Source: Nitrososphaerota archaeon (lineage in GTDB: Archaea > Iainarchaeota > Iainarchaeia > Iainarchaeales > GCA-2688035). Taken from it: a DNA stretch of 62,641 bases. Positions 52,631 to 62,554 of this stretch are shown piece by piece. Within the stretch, counting starts at the first letter, position 1, and each line of letters starts with the position of its first letter. The notes below the pieces were generated by a model. It searched no databases. It was not told the DNA's origin and worked only from the letters and a program-made list of their open reading frames with translations. Location of the stretch: assembly GCA_017610265.1 (NCBI GenBank), contig JAFCCH010000016.1, forward strand, positions 1 through 62,641, written 5' to 3'. The position numbers and the translations under genes are program-made.

Positions 52631-52649
52631 CTCATCATTGCCAAAAAAA
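52631..52649 (-). promoter_or_regulatory. recurrent motif copy: TTTTTTTGGCAATGATGAG
   Basis: 138 nt upstream of ATG 52492. It shares 22 of 25 nt with the 49381-49405 copy. Confidence 0.35.
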
Positions 52650-52762
52650 TTGAGGCATTTTAACAATTTAAACGTTTACGCTTTCACTTCAATTATAAGT
52701 TAAGTTAAAGTAAAGTTTAATTATAATATTAGTTTATTGGAGTGGAATTAAGCTGGTTTCTC

Positions 52763-53719
52763 ATGAAACTTATTTATAATCGGATTTTTTTAGAACATGA
52801 TGTTGGAATACATCCTGAAAGCAAAAGGCGTTTGCAGTCCTGTGGTAAATTAAAGGAAACAAAGATTGAAAATGGTGAAAAATATCTTGAATTGGTGCAT
52901 TCAAAAAAATATATTGACCGGGTTAAAAAAGCTTGCCGTCTTGAAAATTACCTTGACTCTAACACAATTGTTTCAAAAAAAACCTATAAAACAGCAGTGT
53001 CTGCAGTTGGAGCAACTGTTCAAGCCTCAAAGTCAAACGATTTTGCTTTGGTAAGGCCCCCTGGGCACCATGCTTTTCCAGATCATTCAAGCGGTTTTTG
53101 CATTTTTAACAATATTTCAATTGCAGTTCAGAAATTGGTTGATGAAGGCAAGAAAGTACTGATTTTTGATTTTGACAGCCATTTGGGGGACGGAACCTCC
53201 AAATATTTTTATGAATCAAACAAAGTGCTTTATTGGTCTTTACACCAGTTTCCTGCTTTCCCTTACAGGGGGGATGTTGATGAGATTGGTGAAGGAAATG
53301 GAAAGGGTTTTACAGTAAATGTTCCGTTGTCTCCTGGTAGTGGTGATGATATTTATTTGGAAGCTGTAAAAAGGCTTTTGCCAGTTGCCAGGCAATTCAA
53401 ACCAGACCTTGTTGCCGTTTCAGCAGGATTTGATGGTCATCAAAGCGACCCCTTGCTTGAATTAAGGTTGAGCATGAACATTTTTTATGAATTGGGAAAA
53501 ATTTTGAGCAAAAATTTTGAAAATGTTTTTGCAACATTGGAAGGGGGTTACAATCTTGAATTTTTTCCCAAATGCTTATTTAATTTTGTTGATGGAATAC
53601 ATGGAACTAGGCAAAGATTCAAAGAAGAGAAAACAGATTCAAGAATTATAACAATTGAAAACTTTGAGTCAAGAATATATTCCCTTGAAAAAAATTTGGA
53701 GAGGTTTTGGAAACTGTAG
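52763..53719 (+). CDS. histone deacetylase-family (AcuC / acetylpolyamine amidohydrolase-like) deacetylase
   Basis: RPPGHHA, FDFDSHLGDGT and EGGYN motifs. Confidence 0.85.
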   Translation: MKLIYNRIFLEHDVGIHPESKRRLQSCGKLKETKIENGEKYLELVHSKKYIDRVKKACRLENYLDSNTIVSKKTYKTAVSAVGATVQASKSNDFALVRPPGHHAFPDHSSGFCIFNNISIAVQKLVDEGKKVLIFDFDSHLGDGTSKYFYESNKVLYWSLHQFPAFPYRGDVDEIGEGNGKGFTVNVPLSPGSGDDIYLEAVKRLLPVARQFKPDLVAVSAGFDGHQSDPLLELRLSMNIFYELGKILSKNFENVFATLEGGYNLEFFPKCLFNFVDGIHGTRQRFKEEKTDSRIITIENFESRIYSLEKNLERFWKL

Positions 53720-53739
53720 GTGATTTTGTGGCTGAAAAA

Positions 53740-56391
53740 ATGTTGGAAAAACTATTTAATCCTAGTACAATTGCGGTAATTGGTGCAACAAACAAAAAAG
53801 GCCATGTTGGATATTCTTTGATGAAAAACCTTGTTGGAAATGGCTATGAGGGTATTGTTTATCCAATTAATCCAAAGAGAAAAAGCGTGTGTGGAGTAAG
53901 AGCCTATTCTTCAGTTGCCAAAGCGCCTGATTTAATTGATTTGGCAATTATTGCCACTCCTGCAAAAACGGTTCCTGCAATAGTTGAGCAATGTGGCACT
54001 GCAGGTGTAAACAATGTTGTTATAATTTCTTCAGGATTTAAGGAGGCAGGTAAAGTTGGGGAAAAAATGTGCAAGGACATTTTGAAGATTTCTAAAAAAT
54101 ATAACATGCGGGTTATGGGGCCAAACTGTCTTGGATTTATAAGACCAAAACTTGGCCTTAATGCAAGTTTTGCAAAGGAAATGGCTTTGCCTGGAAAAAT
54201 TGCTTTTATTTCACAAAGCGGGGCATTGGGAACAGCTGTGTTGGATCAGGCTGTTAGGCAAAACATTGGATTTAGCCATTTTGTTTCAATTGGTTCAATG
54301 ATTGATATTGGTTTCAATGACCTAATTGACTATTTTGGAAATGACCCTGGAACTTCAAGCATTTTGATTTATATGGAATCATTGTCAAATGCAAGAAAGT
54401 TTTTGAGTGCAGCGAGGGCTTTTGCAAGAGCAAAGCCAATAATCATACTAAAGTCTGGAAAGAGTTTTGATGGGGCAAAAGCTGCTTTGTCGCATACTGG
54501 AACTTTAACTGGAAATGATTTGGTCTTTGAAGCTGCTTTCAAAAGAGCGGGAGTAATAAGAGTAAATACGATTAGTGAATTATTCAATTGCGCCCAAACT
54601 CTTGCAATGCAGCCAAGGCCATTAGGAAAAAGACTTGCAATTATTACAAACGCAGGAGGTCCTGGAGTAATAGCCACGGACTTTTTGGTTTCTTTGAGTG
54701 GAAAGCTTGCAGTTCTTTCATCTGAAACAATAAAAAATCTCAACAAGGAAATGCCTGTTGCCTGGAGCAAAGGCAATCCAGTAGATGTTTTGGGTGACGC
54801 CAATCCTGAAAGATACAAAAAAGCCGTTGAATTTTGTTTAAATGACAAAGGGTGTGACGGTGTGCTGGCAATATTGACACCGCAGGCAATGACTGATTCA
54901 ACCGAAATTGCCAAAGCCCTTGTTGGTTTGAATACAAATAAGCCTATTTTAACCTCTTGGATTGGCGGAGAGGCTGTCAGAAAAGGAAGGGTTATTTTAA
55001 AACAAAACAATATTCCAGTATATGATACTCCTGAAGATGCAATTACTTGCTTTATATCAATGTATAACTATTCAAAAAATCTTGAGCTCTTGTATGAAAC
55101 ACCTGCGACAATTCCTCATGCTTTTACTCCAAAGACCGACGCCAACAGAAAGCTTATTGACAAGGCTGTGAAACAAAATCGTTTTGTTCTCAATGAAATT
55201 GAATGCAGGAAATTTCTTTCCAATTATGGAATACCTTTTGTTAAATGTAAGACTGCAAAGACTGTTGGTCAAGCTGTAAAAATTGCTGAAAAAATAGGCT
55301 TTCCTGTCGCTGTTAAAGTATTGTCCCAGGACATCTTGCACAAAACAGATGTTGGAGGCGTTAAGCTTAATGTTGATTCTAAAGAAAAAGTGAGAAAAGC
55401 TTTTGCAGAAATAATGAAATTTGTTAAGAAAAATGCACCAAAAGCAAGTATTCAAGGTGTTTGTGTTTCAAAAATGGAGTCAAAAAAATATGAGCTGCTG
55501 ATTGGATGTAAAAAGGATTCAATTTTTGGACCGACAATTGTTTTTGGCATGGGCGGGGTTGCAGTTGAAATTTACAAGGATACAAATGTTGGTTTACCAC
55601 CGTTAAATATGGCTTTGGCAATGAGGATTATTGAGGAGACAAAAATATTTAGATTGCTTAAGGGTTACAGAGGAATGAAAGGGGTTGATTTGGATTCAAT
55701 TAAATTTTTACTCTACAAATTTTCTTATCTTGTAACAGATTTTCCTGAATTAAAAGAGATAGATATTAATCCTTTTGCCGTTGATGAAGAAGGCGGGGTA
55801 GTATTGGATGCAAAAATTGTTTTGGATCAAAATATTGTCAAAAGAAAAATAAAACCCTATTCGCACCTTGTTATTTCGCCTTATCCAAAAGAGTATATCA
55901 CAAAGTTTAAAATGAAAAACGGAAAAAATGTAATTTTAAGGCCTATTAGGCCTGAAGACGAACCGCTTGAGGCAGAAATGTTCAAAGCTTTTTCGAAACA
56001 AACTCAAAGATTTAGATTTTTTGGTTTAATTAAAGACATAACCCACGAACTTTTGATAAGGTACACTCAAATAGATTATGACCGGGAAATTGCTATAATT
56101 GCCGAGATTGAAGAGAATGGTAAGAAAAAAATGGCTGGTGTTGTAAGGTTAATAGCAGACCACTACAATGAAACCGCTGAATTTGCCATTGTTGTTGCAG
56201 ACCCATGGCAAAAGCATGGCCTGGGAAACAAATTTACTGATTGCATTTTAAAAATTGCAAAAAAAAGAGGGCTCAAAAAAGTGTACGCAAATGTGCTAAG
56301 AGACAATTATGTTATGTTGCACATGTTTAAGGAAAGGGGTTTTAAAATAACAAAGGAAAGAGAAGAATGTTACGCAGAATTAAATATTTAA
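53740..56391 (+). CDS. Pat-type fusion: ADP-forming acyl-CoA synthetase (alpha+beta) with C-terminal GNAT acetyltransferase
   Basis: CoA-binding IAVIGATNKKGHVGY, ALSHTGTLTG, an ATP-grasp region, and a C-terminal GNAT (VVADPWQKHGLGNKF). Confidence 0.88.
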   Translation: MLEKLFNPSTIAVIGATNKKGHVGYSLMKNLVGNGYEGIVYPINPKRKSVCGVRAYSSVAKAPDLIDLAIIATPAKTVPAIVEQCGTAGVNNVVIISSGFKEAGKVGEKMCKDILKISKKYNMRVMGPNCLGFIRPKLGLNASFAKEMALPGKIAFISQSGALGTAVLDQAVRQNIGFSHFVSIGSMIDIGFNDLIDYFGNDPGTSSILIYMESLSNARKFLSAARAFARAKPIIILKSGKSFDGAKAALSHTGTLTGNDLVFEAAFKRAGVIRVNTISELFNCAQTLAMQPRPLGKRLAIITNAGGPGVIATDFLVSLSGKLAVLSSETIKNLNKEMPVAWSKGNPVDVLGDANPERYKKAVEFCLNDKGCDGVLAILTPQAMTDSTEIAKALVGLNTNKPILTSWIGGEAVRKGRVILKQNNIPVYDTPEDAITCFISMYNYSKNLELLYETPATIPHAFTPKTDANRKLIDKAVKQNRFVLNEIECRKFLSNYGIPFVKCKTAKTVGQAVKIAEKIGFPVAVKVLSQDILHKTDVGGVKLNVDSKEKVRKAFAEIMKFVKKNAPKASIQGVCVSKMESKKYELLIGCKKDSIFGPTIVFGMGGVAVEIYKDTNVGLPPLNMALAMRIIEETKIFRLLKGYRGMKGVDLDSIKFLLYKFSYLVTDFPELKEIDINPFAVDEEGGVVLDAKIVLDQNIVKRKIKPYSHLVISPYPKEYITKFKMKNGKNVILRPIRPEDEPLEAEMFKAFSKQTQRFRFFGLIKDITHELLIRYTQIDYDREIAIIAEIEENGKKKMAGVVRLIADHYNETAEFAIVVADPWQKHGLGNKFTDCILKIAKKRGLKKVYANVLRDNYVMLHMFKERGFKITKEREECYAELNI

Positions 56392-56504
56392 TTTTGTTTG
56401 CTTACTGGCTGCTTTCTTCCAACGTAAATGCTGTAGCCCAAATATTTCAATAATCCTTTTGGTATGTGCAACGCATTTTTGACAAGGCTGTGAACTGCTA
56501 GCCA

Positions 56505-56819
56505 TCACTTTAACTTTACTGCTGTTCCGTAAACCATTATTTCTGCGGCTGAAGCCATTACCTGTGAGGTTGTGAATCTGACATTGATTATTCCGTCTGC
56601 TTTAATGGCTTCTGCTTCTTTGACCATTCTTTGCATTGATTCCTTTCTTGCCTCTGTAAGCATTTCAGTGTATTCCTTTAATTCTCCGCCAACAAGCTGC
56701 CTTAGGCCTGCCACAATGTCTTTTCCAATGTGTTTTGCCCTGATTGTGTTTCCTTTTACTACTCCAATGGTTTCAGTGATTGTTTTTCCCTGAACAAAGT
56801 CTGTGTTTACAATAATCAT
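56505..56819 (-). CDS. YbjQ/UPF0145 family protein
   Basis: ..VKGNTIRAKHIGKDIVAGLRQLVGGE..Y..ML..AR.. is typical of YbjQ. Confidence 0.85.
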   Translation of the reverse strand: MIIVNTDFVQGKTITETIGVVKGNTIRAKHIGKDIVAGLRQLVGGELKEYTEMLTEARKESMQRMVKEAEAIKADGIINVRFTTSQVMASAAEIMVYGTAVKLK

Positions 56820-56977
56820 ATTATAATTCCTGCGCCAATTAGTGCAATAATCCAGCCTCCAACGACTGAAAGCATAATTAAGTATTCGCCTGCAAAGATT
56901 CCAATAATTGGAAAAACTATTAGCAGAACAAAGCCGATTATTACAAGTGCTGCACCAATAAGCTGTGTTTTCTTCAT
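56816..56977 (-). CDS. 53-aa two-TM membrane peptide, ATGA-coupled to ybjQ (below the ORF-track cutoff)
   Basis: MKKTQLIGAALVIIGFVLLIVFPIIGIFAGEYLIMLSVVGGWIIALIGAGIII. The TTTATAT box sits about 27 nt upstream of the ATG. Confidence 0.5.
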   Translation of the reverse strand: MKKTQLIGAALVIIGFVLLIVFPIIGIFAGEYLIMLSVVGGWIIALIGAGIII

Positions 56978-56994
56978 TTAGTTATTTAAGGGCT

Positions 56995-57019
56995 GAAGAA
57001 ATATAAATGGCTTTGCTTT
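56995..57019 (+). repeat. 25-nt perfect direct repeat, copy 1 (contains a TATA box on the minus strand)
   Basis: GAAGAAATATAAATGGCTTTGCTTT is identical to 58229-58253. Confidence 0.9.
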
Positions 57020-57121
57020 CTTCAATTTAGCAAGCTTACCTTTTTAGTTGGGTTATGACATACAATTTCGCACTGGTTTTTTTTGACAGATTTTTAATTA
57101 CACAATTTTCCTGAGTAAAGA

Positions 57122-58039
57122 TTAGGCAGTTTTTCTTTGCCTTTTTTTTGCTTTGCCTCTTGCTTCGATATTGCCCTGTATAACATATAATGTGGTCGCC
57201 TTTTTGTCAGCCCATTTTAGGCTTTTGGTTGGGCTTATGGTAAGAAAGGAAATCTTATAGGTAAACCCGTTTTCTTTTATGGTTTCGCGTTTTGATTCGC
57301 CCCATTTTTCTTTTTTTCTTTTTAGTTTTATTACTTTTATTTCTCCTTTTTGGTTTTCAGGCAGTTGGTCTATGCCTATTCTGTCCTGAAACCCTATCGG
57401 GAGCTTTACAGTGGCGTTGAGTGTGCTTTTTGTTGAATTGTTTTGCAGAGTGTGCACAGTGTATCTTTCTGCAAATATTATATCGCCCTCATCTGCTTTG
57501 AGAATCTTTAGGTGTTTTCCTATTTTGGCCTTGATTGTTATGCTTCCGGAGAGTATTGTTGTGTATTCGTTCATATGCTTGTGGCTGTGGTAATTTTGCA
57601 AGAGTTTTGGCTGGGTATGTGCCATGGCAACGCTGAGGCCATTGTCATAGTAGAGATTTTTGTGCAGGCCAAAATATTTTCTTATTTCAACCATGTTGTT
57701 TCTGCTTGTTTCTTTGAAGATGCAAAGTTCGTGGGATTTTAGCACACCCAAATGGCCTGAAATTTGCAAGAGGCAGTTTTCCCTTTTCAAGTGATTTGCT
57801 TTTTTAATAATGATTTCAACGCGGTTAATAATTCTTTTGCGCTGGTTATTTTCTTTGGATAGTTTTTCTAAAATGCGTTCCCCTTCATTACGTATTTGCA
57901 ACAGCCTTTTGACACGGGCATTTCTTTGCTTGAATTGGACCGGGGGCTTGAGATTCTTTTGTATATTGCTTATTTTCCCTAATTCTTTGGATTTTTTCAG
58001 GTAAGCTTTGATTTTCTCAAGAAATTGTTTTGAAATCAT
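57122..58039 (-). CDS. cupin-domain protein with coiled N-terminal region
   Basis: YHSHKHMNEYTTILSG.. is cupin motif 1. 305 aa. Confidence 0.55.
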   Translation of the reverse strand: MISKQFLEKIKAYLKKSKELGKISNIQKNLKPPVQFKQRNARVKRLLQIRNEGERILEKLSKENNQRKRIINRVEIIIKKANHLKRENCLLQISGHLGVLKSHELCIFKETSRNNMVEIRKYFGLHKNLYYDNGLSVAMAHTQPKLLQNYHSHKHMNEYTTILSGSITIKAKIGKHLKILKADEGDIIFAERYTVHTLQNNSTKSTLNATVKLPIGFQDRIGIDQLPENQKGEIKVIKLKRKKEKWGESKRETIKENGFTYKISFLTISPTKSLKWADKKATTLYVIQGNIEARGKAKKRQRKTA

Positions 58040-58228
58040 TTCGCCACATTTTGCCTAATTCATTTTCATTTTTTTTAAAAAATTTGTTTTGCCTAAACTT
58101 GGCGCACAACAATTTCAATAAAAAACTCGATTTTCCAGGAGTTGCTTTTTCCCTGGCCAAAAAACATAGGTAACAATACCATTAAAGAATATTGCTTTGC
58201 AAGGAAACAGTTCGAGATTCTGGCTTTC

Positions 58229-58253
58229 GAAGAAATATAAATGGCTTTGCTTT
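58229..58253 (+). repeat. 25-nt perfect direct repeat, copy 2
   Basis: Identical to 56995-57019. Confidence 0.9.
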
Positions 58254-58374
58254 ATTGCATTTCAACAAAGATTGGGCTGTCTGTTAAGACAATTTCTGAA
58301 GAATTTTCCCTTCATTCACTTTCTAATAGGACTTTCTCCTTTTTTATTCTTTCTAAGAAGAGGAATTTTCAGAA

Positions 58375-59460
<1,086 letters not shown>

Positions 59461-59478
59461 TCACTTAAAAAAAGGGAT

Positions 59479-60558
59479 TTACTTCTTTCTTTCAAGAATA
59501 AATTCAATGCCTGCCCTTAACTTGCTTCTGCCAGGCTCTTTGTCTAGGAAGCCAAGCTTTTCATCAAAAATTCTCAGGGCCTCTTCTTTCAGGGCTTCGG
59601 CTTTTTCTTTGCCGTACTTGATGCTTCCAACTTCGTGCATTTTGTCAATAATAAACGTTACTTCTTCCTCTGTCTTTTCTTCCCTGCTTTTTTCAAGGAT
59701 TGCATTAATCTTTGCCAGGTCTTCCTTGCCTGCGTTCTTTACAAGGTGCACCAGCATCATGGTTCTCTTGCCCTCGTAAACATCGTTGCCAACTTGTTTC
59801 TTCAATCCCTCAAAGTCTGATGTCAAGTCAAGCAAGTCGTCCTTTATCTGGAAGCATCTGCCCAACGGTGTTCCAAAGTCCCACAGTGCTTCAAGCTGTT
59901 TCTTGTCCAAGCCGGAAATTATTCCGCCAAGCCTTATAGGCCCGCAAATAGTGTAATAGGTTGTTTTGCCTCCAATAACAAAGTAAATGTCCTCGTCACT
60001 CAAATCAAGTTTGTTTTCTTCAGTCCACTTGATTTCAACTGCCTGCCCCAAAGTGGTTCGCATTAGCATATTGTTCATTTCATCCATTACCTCAAAGGTC
60101 TTTTCCTTTCCCAAAACCTTTTCGTTGTTTCTCAACATTTTCCACATTATAATATGCAATGCGTCTCCTGCGTTGATTGTTTGAGCCATTGAATGCAATT
60201 TGTGCAGAGCCGGCTTTCCTCTTCTTTCAAGTGAGCCGTCTTCCAAATCATCGTGTACAAGAATCCAGTCCTCTGATGCCTGCATTGCGGCAGCGGTTAA
60301 AATAGCTTTTTCTTGTGGAATTCCCCTTGCCTCACAAACAAGCATTATCAGGGTACCTCTTACATACTTACCTTGCCTTTTTGGATAGTCTGAAATCATT
60401 TCCCAGAAGAGCTTGTCTTCTTCCTTGTAATTGCTTATTTTGTCAAGTTTGTAGTGTGAGGTTGTCTTTCCTGGCAAATACTTCTGGTATTCCTTCCAGA
60501 TAAGTGCCTTTTTTTCTTTCAAAACTTCTTTAAAATCAAATTCCATTGCCTTAAACAC
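59479..60558 (-). CDS. trans-polyprenyl (geranylgeranyl-type) diphosphate synthase
   Basis: LVHDDLEDGSLERRG is the first Asp-rich motif and FQIKDDLLD is the second. Confidence 0.85.
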   Translation of the reverse strand: MFKAMEFDFKEVLKEKKALIWKEYQKYLPGKTTSHYKLDKISNYKEEDKLFWEMISDYPKRQGKYVRGTLIMLVCEARGIPQEKAILTAAAMQASEDWILVHDDLEDGSLERRGKPALHKLHSMAQTINAGDALHIIMWKMLRNNEKVLGKEKTFEVMDEMNNMLMRTTLGQAVEIKWTEENKLDLSDEDIYFVIGGKTTYYTICGPIRLGGIISGLDKKQLEALWDFGTPLGRCFQIKDDLLDLTSDFEGLKKQVGNDVYEGKRTMMLVHLVKNAGKEDLAKINAILEKSREEKTEEEVTFIIDKMHEVGSIKYGKEKAEALKEEALRIFDEKLGFLDKEPGRSKLRAGIEFILERKK

Positions 60559-60688
60559 CTTTAATTATCTTATTGGTGATTTGGCTTTTTATTGCTTTTG
60601 TAAGGGGGGTTTTTTGGCAAAATACCTACTTTAAAGTCTGGTTTGGTTTAAAGAAAGCCTTAAATATTGAAAAGTGCTTTTCTGTTGT

Positions 60689-60940
60689 ATGCTTGAATTA
60701 AAGCTTGGCCTTGGAGCCAAAACAGAGTACAAAATTTCAGCAATTCTTCACTTTGTGATTACCTTTTCATTGGTTGGATTTGCCATTGTTTCCCTTGTAA
60801 GGGGAATTCAGGTACAGTTTGCAGGAGACACCGTAATTGGCTTTATGTTTTATTTTGCCGCTCCCCTAATGGTCTTTGTAAGCTATTTAACTTACAAAAA
60901 GGCTCACTACAAGCTTAAAGTGCTTGCAATGGCCAGTTAA
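60689..60940 (+). CDS. small membrane protein
   Basis: Two hydrophobic helices. ATG 60689. Confidence 0.45.
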   Translation: MLELKLGLGAKTEYKISAILHFVITFSLVGFAIVSLVRGIQVQFAGDTVIGFMFYFAAPLMVFVSYLTYKKAHYKLKVLAMAS

Positions 60941-61003
60941 TGCCTTACTTTTTGTTGCCCGAAAAGGATTAATACTGCCAAAACCTAATATTAGCGTTTT
61001 AAA

Positions 61004-61900
61004 ATGGAACCAAAAAGAGGATTTTTTGACAAGATAAACAATGCGTTTTTCTCAGTCATAGATGTATTTATTTCCCTGTTGGAGGAAAGAGGATGGAACA
61101 TTCCTGAGGAAACAAGGTTTTTGTACCATACTGCAATATTCATTTTTCTTCTCTGGGCTGGTTTTCCGCTCATAATTCAGTATTTTATTCAATTTGAAAT
61201 CTTTGTTTTGCTTTTGACAATTGCAAGCTTTTGCGTTGCAAACATTATGCCAATCAGAAAGCTTCTTGGCTATTACAGCAATGAGGAAAAAATTCATGGC
61301 ATTGTAAACAAGATTAAAAACAACCAAATTTCAATCAAGGCTGTTTCCGACCACTTGAGCAAAAACCTTGTTGCTCCCCATTTGTCTGTTTCAATCATTC
61401 GAGCATATCAAGCAAAGGGCAAGGGAATTCCCCCTGAAATAATCCGGATGCTGATAAGGCAGCCTCAGGAAATTGCAGTCTTTTCAGAAATTATTAAAGA
61501 ACCCTTGAACGAATCAGACTTTTCTTTGCTGATGAGAAAGTATGTGAACCGAATTCCGAAACAGCTTCTTTTGACAACCGTTGCCTCGCAAAAAATGAAT
61601 GCATTAACAATAAGGGATCTTTTGTTCTATCATGAAAATGCATATCAGATAATTAACGAGATTGGAAAAAAGGCAGAGGACAAGGACTTAATGGATTTTG
61701 TGATTGAGGAAAAGCACAAATACAAGCAAAGAATGCAGAGAAAAAACTTTTTGAGAAACCATCACGCAGCCCTTGCACTTGTTGCCTCAACATTTGTGGC
61801 CTCTGGCTCAATTCTTTTAACGCAAAGCCCTGTTTTTTTTAACGCAAAGCCCTGTTTTTTTCTCGGCTTCCTTTGCCATTGCATGGCTTCTTTCCTTTGA
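61004..61900 (+). CDS. hypothetical membrane-associated protein (C-terminus altered by a 22-nt duplication)
   Basis: 298-aa ORF with N-terminal TM helices. Confidence 0.5.
   Translation: MEPKRGFFDKINNAFFSVIDVFISLLEERGWNIPEETRFLYHTAIFIFLLWAGFPLIIQYFIQFEIFVLLLTIASFCVANIMPIRKLLGYYSNEEKIHGIVNKIKNNQISIKAVSDHLSKNLVAPHLSVSIIRAYQAKGKGIPPEIIRMLIRQPQEIAVFSEIIKEPLNESDFSLLMRKYVNRIPKQLLLTTVASQKMNALTIRDLLFYHENAYQIINEIGKKAEDKDLMDFVIEEKHKYKQRMQRKNFLRNHHAALALVASTFVASGSILLTQSPVFFNAKPCFFLGFLCHCMASFL
61819..61862 (+). repeat. 22-nt tandem duplication AACGCAAAGCCCTGTTTTTTTT x2
   Basis: Copies at 61819-61840 and 61841-61862 (21 of 22 identical). Confidence 0.85.
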
Positions 61901-61948
61901 ACTTTTGTACAATTACAGTATAAGAGGGCTTTACTTCAAGGTGTAAAA

Positions 61949-62530
61949 ATGCTTTTGTTTGCAACAGGAAATAAGGGGAAGTTTGAGCAGGTTTTCCGTG
62001 TTCTGGAAGAACATGGAATAGAGCTTGAGCAAAAAGCTGTTGACCTAAACGAGCCTGAAACAGACAATTTGAAAGAGGTTGCCTTAAGCAAGGCCAGGCA
62101 GGCATTTCACGAACTAAGGCAGCCGCTAATAGCCGAGGACACAGGCTTTTACCTTGAAGCATACAAGGGCTTTCCAGGGGCAAACTCTAAATGGGTTTTC
62201 AACAAGATTGGCTTTGAAGGCTTCTCAAAATTACTTTCAGGAAAGCCAAAGAAGGCATTCTTCCACACAGTAATTTGCTTTATGGATGCACCAGACCACT
62301 ACAAGTTCTTTGAAGGGAAATGGCATGGCAAGGTTTCAAAAAACATTTCTAAAAAAAAGGCGGATTCCCTTCCCTATTCCAAAATTTTTATTCCTGACGG
62401 GGAAAAGATTCCCTCTGTTGAAATGGATCCAATGGACAGGTCAAAGAAAAGTCAGAGGGGGCTTGCGGCTCACAAGCTTGGTGACTGGCTTAAAGAAAAG
62501 GCATTGCACGAACTGCTTGACTCAATTTAA
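61949..62530 (+). CDS. non-canonical purine NTP pyrophosphatase (Ham1/RdgB family)
   Basis: FATGNKGKFEQ, EPETDN and AEDTGFYL..GFPG motifs. Confidence 0.9.
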   Translation: MLLFATGNKGKFEQVFRVLEEHGIELEQKAVDLNEPETDNLKEVALSKARQAFHELRQPLIAEDTGFYLEAYKGFPGANSKWVFNKIGFEGFSKLLSGKPKKAFFHTVICFMDAPDHYKFFEGKWHGKVSKNISKKKADSLPYSKIFIPDGEKIPSVEMDPMDRSKKSQRGLAAHKLGDWLKEKALHELLDSI

Positions 62531-62554
62531 TGTCTTGCAGCTGTTTTAAGGGCT

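Noticed and set aside
49813-52649. C/D-box sRNA interpretation for the other copies of the GGCAATGATGAG motif.
   Set aside because: They have a C-box-like heptamer, but there is no CUGA at the D' or D positions (CTTT/AATT or nothing) and no terminal stem.
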